Assembly: GCA_021738065.1 (NCBI GenBank)
Contig: JAIPCT010000003.1
Location: 474-64,473 of the forward strand
From: Burkholderiaceae bacterium
Lineage (GTDB): Bacteria; Pseudomonadota; Gammaproteobacteria; Burkholderiales; Rhodocyclaceae
Reading direction: 5' to 3'
Length of the DNA: 64,000 nt
How positions within the stretch are numbered: position 1 is the stretch's first letter; each line of letters begins with the position of its first letter. The notes under the pieces were generated by a model, which was not told the origin of the DNA, did no database searches, and saw only the letters and a list, made by a program, of their open reading frames with translations. This document shows, in pieces, positions 58,619-64,000 of the stretch. The translations under genes were made by a program, and so were the position numbers.

Positions 58619-60682
58619 TCAGCCCGTCGCCAGTTGCAGCACGCTCAGAATCAGGCGCACCGCACCGCTCACCAGCAACGCCACGGCAACGGAAAGCGCT
58701 ACCGAGAACAAGGCATCACGCCGGCCGATGGTTTTCAGCATGACGGCAAAGGTCGACACGCAAGGGATATAGAAGGTGAGGAACAGCAACAGCGTCACGA
58801 TCTGGACCGAATCGAGCAGTGTGCCGATTTCCTGCGTACCCAAGGCCTGAAAGATCATCAGCAAGGAGAGTTCCTTGCGCAATACTCCAAAGAGCAGCGG
58901 CACGCCCAACGCCAGCGGCAGTCCCAGCCACCAGACGCTCACCGGCATCAGCAAGATGTTGATAAGACTGTCTGCGCCGACGTGGTTGAGCAGCGCCAGA
59001 ACCACACTGCCTCCTACCAGCAGGGGCGTGACGATGGTGAGGATGTCGCTGGTGCGGGCCCAGGTTTCAACCAGCAGCTTGCGCCACGTCGGCAGCGCAT
59101 AGTCGGGGATTTCCTGCACCTGGCCTGGTCCGAGCTCGCGATCTCCCCGTGAAAGCACGCGACCCATGATGGCAATAATGATCACGGTCAACGCAAACAT
59201 GCCGAATACACCGCCTGCACCGAGGTATTTGCCGGCGATGGCCAGGATGATGGCGGAACGTGCGGAACAGGGTACAAAAGTAATCAACACCGAAGCGATC
59301 ACGCGTTCTCGTCCGCTGGTAGCCTTCGCGGCGCCTGAAATGGCGGGCACGTTGCAACCCAGACCCAACAGAAAAGGTACGGCAACCCCGCCGTGCAAAC
59401 CGATCTTGTGGAAACCGCGGTCCACCACAAAAGCGATGCGATGCATCAGCCCGGCTTCTTCCAGCGTTACCAAAAGCATGACCAAGGGAATCATGTAGGG
59501 CACGACGATTCCCGTCAATCCGATGAGGCCATCGAGCACCGCCCGCGCGACCACGCCCCCGGTAGACAGCGGCTGCCAGTCGGTGAAGGCTTCGGTCAGA
59601 CGTACCGTGGTCATGGAATCGATCCAGCCACTGACTTCGAAAACGACGAAAAGCACCGCGGCGAACACGGCCAGGCTGCCGATCAATCCCCATTGCGGAT
59701 GCAAGAACAGTTCGTCCAGCCAGAAGCGCCAGCCATGGCTTTGAACCGGCGATCCCATGCGCAACGCCGCTTCAACCAGAGTCGCGGCCTGGTGATGGCG
59801 GTCGGCGTGCAGTTCTTCGGCCAGAGGGCGCGGCAGGCTCAATCCAGCGGCATCACGCAGGGCTCGAAACTCGGGCAACAGTTGCGGAAAATGCTGGCGC
59901 AGTTCATCGTCGACAAAAGGATCATCGGCGGCAAACTGCATCAGCAACAAGGGATGCGGCACACGAAACGCCGCGTGGATTTCCGGGCGGTTCAGCGCCG
60001 CATCGAGCTGTTGCAGACTCTCGGCAATGTGCCGGCTGGGCGGTTGCGGCAATGGGCAAATCGCTTCGCGTGCGGCGTTCATCGCGGTGCTGAAAAGCTG
60101 CGCAATGCCCTGCCCCATCAGCGCCACGGTGGGAACCACCGGGATGCCGAGAAGCTTCTCCATTGCCTTGACGTTGATGTACAGCCCTTTCTTCGCCGCC
60201 TGATCCATGTGATTGAGCGCCAGCACAATCGGCCGCCCTAACTGGCTCAGCTCAAGCGTCAGTTCGAGGTGACTTTGCAGATTGCTGGCGTCGACCACCT
60301 GGATTATCAGATCAGGTGGTGAAAAAGGTGCGGGAGGACTCGACGGCTCGTGCGCCGAAACCGGCGGTCGATCATCGCCCCAGAGCAGATACTTCATCGC
60401 GGAAAGGTCGTCGCCTTCCAGTAGATGCAGCGAATGAATGCTGGGCAGATCGATCACGCCGGCTTCATCGAGGCCTATTTGCACCGTGCACTCACGATAG
60501 ACGCGATGCGTGCCTGTCAGTTCGCCGGTCTGTGGCGCGGTACTCGATACTGCCTCGAACAGTGTCGTCTTGCCGGCGCCCGGCAAACCAGCCAGCGCAA
60601 TGCGCAGGCGACGTTCGCCGCGAAACAAGGGCATGCGCAGGGGAATGGCAGTAGTCGTGATTCCGGCGGCGGCGTTCAGCAT
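58619..60682 (-). CDS. feoB: Ferrous iron transporter B (atypical G-domain)
   Basis: GLPGAGKTT P-loop, VVDASNL, GLGCNVPA, VPCSAR, FYIPCVST gate motifs. Confidence 0.9.
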   Translation of the reverse strand: MLNAAAGITTTAIPLRMPLFRGERRLRIALAGLPGAGKTTLFEAVSSTAPQTGELTGTHRVYRECTVQIGLDEAGVIDLPSIHSLHLLEGDDLSAMKYLLWGDDRPPVSAHEPSSPPAPFSPPDLIIQVVDASNLQSHLELTLELSQLGRPIVLALNHMDQAAKKGLYINVKAMEKLLGIPVVPTVALMGQGIAQLFSTAMNAAREAICPLPQPPSRHIAESLQQLDAALNRPEIHAAFRVPHPLLLMQFAADDPFVDDELRQHFPQLLPEFRALRDAAGLSLPRPLAEELHADRHHQAATLVEAALRMGSPVQSHGWRFWLDELFLHPQWGLIGSLAVFAAVLFVVFEVSGWIDSMTTVRLTEAFTDWQPLSTGGVVARAVLDGLIGLTGIVVPYMIPLVMLLVTLEEAGLMHRIAFVVDRGFHKIGLHGGVAVPFLLGLGCNVPAISGAAKATSGRERVIASVLITFVPCSARSAIILAIAGKYLGAGGVFGMFALTVIIIAIMGRVLSRGDRELGPGQVQEIPDYALPTWRKLLVETWARTSDILTIVTPLLVGGSVVLALLNHVGADSLINILLMPVSVWWLGLPLALGVPLLFGVLRKELSLLMIFQALGTQEIGTLLDSVQIVTLLLFLTFYIPCVSTFAVMLKTIGRRDALFSVALSVAVALLVSGAVRLILSVLQLATG

Positions 60683-60766
60683 CCGCTTGCGCCCTGCTGC
60701 CTCATGCCTCCAAAGCGCGGAAAGGCCTTCGCGCGCCGCATTGATCCTGATGACATCGAAATCCGT

Positions 60767-63121
60767 TCAATACTTGATACGGGCAAAATAGGTTTCCTGG
60801 GCGGCATCCAGCGCCTGACGCAAGGTGAATATTCCCTTGTCGGCAAGCAAGGGAATCATCTTGAGGAACACTTCGCCCGTGACGAAGGCGTCACCGAGTG
60901 CGGTGTGGCGGCCAATTACATTGATGCCGAGCCGCTGGGCGATGCTTTCCAGCCGATGTGACTCCTGATTGGGATGAATCACCGCCGACAGCAGCAAGGT
61001 GTCGAGTACCGGCTGAGCAAAACGCACGCCCAGACTGTCCTCTTTGATCTGGAAAAAGCGCATGTCAAATGCCGCGTTGTGTGCAACCAGCACGGTCTCG
61101 CTGCAAAACGCATGGAAGGCCGGCAGAACAACATCCAGCGTCGGCTGATTCCTGACCATGGCCGGAGTGATGCCGTGAATCGGTATGCCCGCCGGCTTCA
61201 GGGGAATGCGCGGATCGACCAGTTGATCGAAGATCTCCTGCCTCAGGAGGCGATTGTTGACAATCCGAACGGCACCCAACTGAATGATCTCATCGCCTTT
61301 CGACGGTTCCAGCCCCGTGGTTTCCGTGTCGAACACGGAATAGGCGAGATCGGTCAGGCGACGTTCGGGATCGATCCCGGAGCCCTCGGCGTCGCGGGCT
61401 GCGAACAGATCAAAATCGTAGTATTCGGGGCGACTGTCGCTATGAAGATGCTGCACTTGTCCGGCCGCCGGCAGCTCGGGCATTGCCGCAGCCGGCAATA
61501 CGATGCGGAAAAAAGCCCGATGCGCGGCCTTGTCGCGCTGGTACCAAATTTCTCCGCCGTGCCGGTCGATCACGTCGCGCAGGGTCAACGGGCTGGTTTC
61601 GGCACCGACATTCATCGGCTCCAGTTCCCAAGTGTACAGAGTCTCGGAAGAAACCGGCGTGCCCGACCAGATCAGATCGACGAACACCATCTTGCCTTCG
61701 GCGCATAGCCGCAAACGCAGTTCCCGTATGGCATAGTGCTCCTGCAAACGCGATGCGAGAAAAGTGATCGCCTGGATCAGGGCAAAACTATCGACGCGAA
61801 CCCACAGGCGGCTGTCCTGTTCTTCATTCTTTATCGCCAGCTTCAAGCGGTCTTCAATACGCCGCGCGGCAGCCCCCAGGATGTCGATGCCAAGAACATC
61901 TTCCAGCGGCCAGCGGGTCTTGAGCGAGGCGGCAAAGCCGCTCATCGTGGCTTCAAGGCGCTGGCTCATGACTGCGGCCTCATCGGCGATGACACGCGTG
62001 AATCGCTCGCGAAAATCGGTCTCCATATCCGGCGTGCCAATCAGCATTTCCACCGCGGCACGAATGTTGGCCAGCGCGGCGCGGTTGCCATCGGTCAATG
62101 CCTGCAGAACTTGATCGCGCTCGGCTTCGCGTTCAAAACTGTGGGTAATGTTTTCGATGGTCAGCACATAGCCCGTGACATGAAGCTCGGTAGCAAAGTC
62201 GTCAGCAGCCGACAGGTCAGGGACGAGCCCCCCTCCTTTCGCATCGCCACTCACATTTTCCGAAGCGGTCGCGCTGGCGGAATTTTGCCCGGCAGCGCTT
62301 TGCGACGCGGCAACCGAGTCGCCGTCCAAAGCGTCCTGTTGATCGGAGAGATTGGCCAGCTTCGCAGGCCGCTCGACGGAACCGAGCACCGGCGCCATTC
62401 GGGCGCGCATGAGTTGTCCGCCGTGGGTCGAGGTGATGAAATTGGCGGCTGGCTCCTTGCTGCCTTTGCGCAGGCGCTGCTCGATAGTCTCCAGCGAATG
62501 GGTGATCTGGCCGCGTTCAAGTATCGAAAAGATCGAGCGCCCCAGGCCGATCGGCACGTTTCCGCTCACGGCCGTTCCGCTCGGCGCCAGCGCCGAGAAT
62601 TCGAGCCGCGCACGGCTGTTGTAGAGCAGGATGCGGCCATCGAGATTACACACCAACACACCCATCGCCAGTTCGGACATCAGGGCGGCCAGGCGGTTTT
62701 TCTCCTCTTCCACGCTTGCCTTGGCGAGTTCGATCTGCGCCTCGACATCGCTCAGCAATTCGTCACGCTGCTGTGCCAGATCGTTGGCGGCTCGCGCCAG
62801 TTCGCGGATTTCCGGCGGGCCCTCGGTGGCAACGCGAAAGTTCCGGTTGGCCCCGAGCATCAACCTCAGGCTCTCGGCCATGCGCAACAGACCATGCACA
62901 TACCGGCGGAACAGATCGCGCAGCAGCGCCAGTCCGGCGATGAATCCAAACAGGGTGATCAGTCCGCCCAGCGGCAGTCGCGGTAGAAGAAACTCCGAAA
63001 AAGCGGCGCGTTCGGCCTCGGTCGCGTCGGCTGCCAGCAACAGGGCGGTAATCGCAAACGGGCCCGTCATCAGCAGCCCCAGTACAGCAGCTGCCAGAAT
63101 GAAGCGAATCTTCGCCTTCAT
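60767..63121 (-). CDS. Membrane-anchored HAMP/PAS protein with C-terminal DEDDh 3'-5' exonuclease (DnaQ-like)
   Basis: Two N-terminal TMs, GVLVCNLDGRILLYN PAS, RPEYYDFDLF, VFDTETTGL, AHNAAFD, RHTALGDA. Confidence 0.9.
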   Translation of the reverse strand: MKAKIRFILAAAVLGLLMTGPFAITALLLAADATEAERAAFSEFLLPRLPLGGLITLFGFIAGLALLRDLFRRYVHGLLRMAESLRLMLGANRNFRVATEGPPEIRELARAANDLAQQRDELLSDVEAQIELAKASVEEEKNRLAALMSELAMGVLVCNLDGRILLYNSRARLEFSALAPSGTAVSGNVPIGLGRSIFSILERGQITHSLETIEQRLRKGSKEPAANFITSTHGGQLMRARMAPVLGSVERPAKLANLSDQQDALDGDSVAASQSAAGQNSASATASENVSGDAKGGGLVPDLSAADDFATELHVTGYVLTIENITHSFEREAERDQVLQALTDGNRAALANIRAAVEMLIGTPDMETDFRERFTRVIADEAAVMSQRLEATMSGFAASLKTRWPLEDVLGIDILGAAARRIEDRLKLAIKNEEQDSRLWVRVDSFALIQAITFLASRLQEHYAIRELRLRLCAEGKMVFVDLIWSGTPVSSETLYTWELEPMNVGAETSPLTLRDVIDRHGGEIWYQRDKAAHRAFFRIVLPAAAMPELPAAGQVQHLHSDSRPEYYDFDLFAARDAEGSGIDPERRLTDLAYSVFDTETTGLEPSKGDEIIQLGAVRIVNNRLLRQEIFDQLVDPRIPLKPAGIPIHGITPAMVRNQPTLDVVLPAFHAFCSETVLVAHNAAFDMRFFQIKEDSLGVRFAQPVLDTLLLSAVIHPNQESHRLESIAQRLGINVIGRHTALGDAFVTGEVFLKMIPLLADKGIFTLRQALDAAQETYFARIKY

Positions 63122-63483
63122 GCCAGATGCGATTTGATCAGGAGCACGAGATCCTTTGTTGAAAACGGCTTGGTGACGTAGGCATCCGCGCCCAGCGCCA
63201 ATCCTTTCGCGACTTCCGTCTCGCGCCCCTTGGCAGTGAGCATGATGATCTTCACCGAGGCCGTTGCCGGATCGGTGCGCAAAGCCTGACAGACTTCGAA
63301 GCCCGATTTCTTGGGCATCATCACATCGAGCAATATCAGATCGGGCGCAAACTCAGCCGCTTTGCGCAAGGCATCGTCGCCGTCTACGGCGACAGCGGTC
63401 TCGAAGCCTTCCTTCTTCATCAGAAACTCAAGCGAAATGACGATGTTCGGCTCGTCATCAACAATCAGGATGCGACGACTCAT
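63118..63483 (-). CDS. Single-domain response regulator
   Basis: ILIVDDEPNI, LLDVMMPK, MLTAKG, YVTKPF. Confidence 0.93.
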   Translation of the reverse strand: MSRRILIVDDEPNIVISLEFLMKKEGFETAVAVDGDDALRKAAEFAPDLILLDVMMPKKSGFEVCQALRTDPATASVKIIMLTAKGRETEVAKGLALGADAYVTKPFSTKDLVLLIKSHLA

Positions 63484-63555
63484 GCAACTCCCCCCGACAA
63501 AATATTTGCTCCAGGTGACCACGTCATTTGTCGACCTGCCTCCCCTTTGACTGCA

Positions 63556-64000
63556 CTAGCTGTTCTTGCTTGCATCATTATCTCCCGTGAGCCGGGGAAG
63601 TGTGAACACAAAACTCGTGCCGGCAGCCGGCGAGCTTTCCACCCACAGCCGGCCATGGAAATACTCAATGATCTGACGGCTGATCGGCAAGCCGAGGCCG
63701 GTTCCTTGCGGCTTGTCGGTAAGCACGTCGGCGGTGCCGGCACCCTGACGGAATTTGTCGAAGATCAATTCCTGATCGGCGAGCGGGACTCCGGGGCCGT
63801 TGTCGGTGACATGGACACGCACTTCGTTCGCCGTACCGCGAGCGCCGACTTTGACGTGGCCGCTTCCCGCCGGCGCAAACTTGAGCGCGTTGGACAACAG
63901 GTTGACCATGACCTGGATCAGGCGATCACAATCGGCCTGGACGGCGAGCCCGGGTTCGCAGGTTTCGATCTCGAGCGTGACACGCTTTTCGGTAAAGAGC
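63556..64000 (-). CDS. Sensor histidine kinase, C-terminal HATPase part (continues beyond the window)
   Basis: DRLIQVMVNLLSNALKF, DNGPG, GTGLGL. Confidence 0.92.
   Translation of the reverse strand, partial: LFTEKRVTLEIETCEPGLAVQADCDRLIQVMVNLLSNALKFAPAGSGHVKVGARGTANEVRVHVTDNGPGVPLADQELIFDKFRQGAGTADVLTDKPQGTGLGLPISRQIIEYFHGRLWVESSPAAGTSFVFTLPRLTGDNDASKNS
63829..63853 (-). repeat. Dispersed 25-bp motif, degenerate copy (CAAAGTCGGCGCTCGCGGTACGGCG)
   Basis: One core mismatch; sense in the kinase gene, encodes KVGARGTA. Confidence 0.7.

Noticed and set aside
325-63853. Dispersed motif as Chi, KOPS or REP
   Set aside because: Longer than Chi/KOPS with no clear strand polarity (9 plus, 6 minus); not palindromic and mostly intragenic, unlike REP.

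Overview
GC-rich betaproteobacterial chromosomal segment; the gene set and order suggest Rhodocyclales/Sterolibacteriaceae (inference). It is mostly housekeeping: purL (partial), ybbN/cnoX, tex, an isocitrate/isopropylmalate dehydrogenase, alkA, radA-alr, lplT, udg-rimI-tsaB, HU, the rpsB-tsf-pyrH-frr-uppS-cdsA-dxr-rseP-bamA-skp-lpxD-fabZ-lpxA-lpxB-rnhB cluster, map-glnD, addAB-like genes, rmuC, feoB and a PAS-exonuclease/response regulator/histidine kinase block. A small AT-richer islet (~1.9-4.7 kb) carries a HigB/HigA-like toxin-antitoxin pair, a third unknown gene and a NERD nuclease flanked by 31-bp direct repeats. The most striking unexplained signal is a non-palindromic ~25-bp motif, consensus AAAA(G/C)TCGGCG(C/A/T)TGG(C/T)G(A/G)NACGGCG. 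I found it by eye 15 times (13 clear, 2 degenerate; about 1 per 4-5 kb) on both strands. Thirteen copies lie inside unrelated genes in five different reading frames, which is the behaviour of a DNA uptake sequence or a dispersed chromosome-binding site, and it matches no motif I recognise. No tRNA, rRNA, CRISPR array, transposase or integrase was seen. All calls come from reading the sequence; no searches were run.
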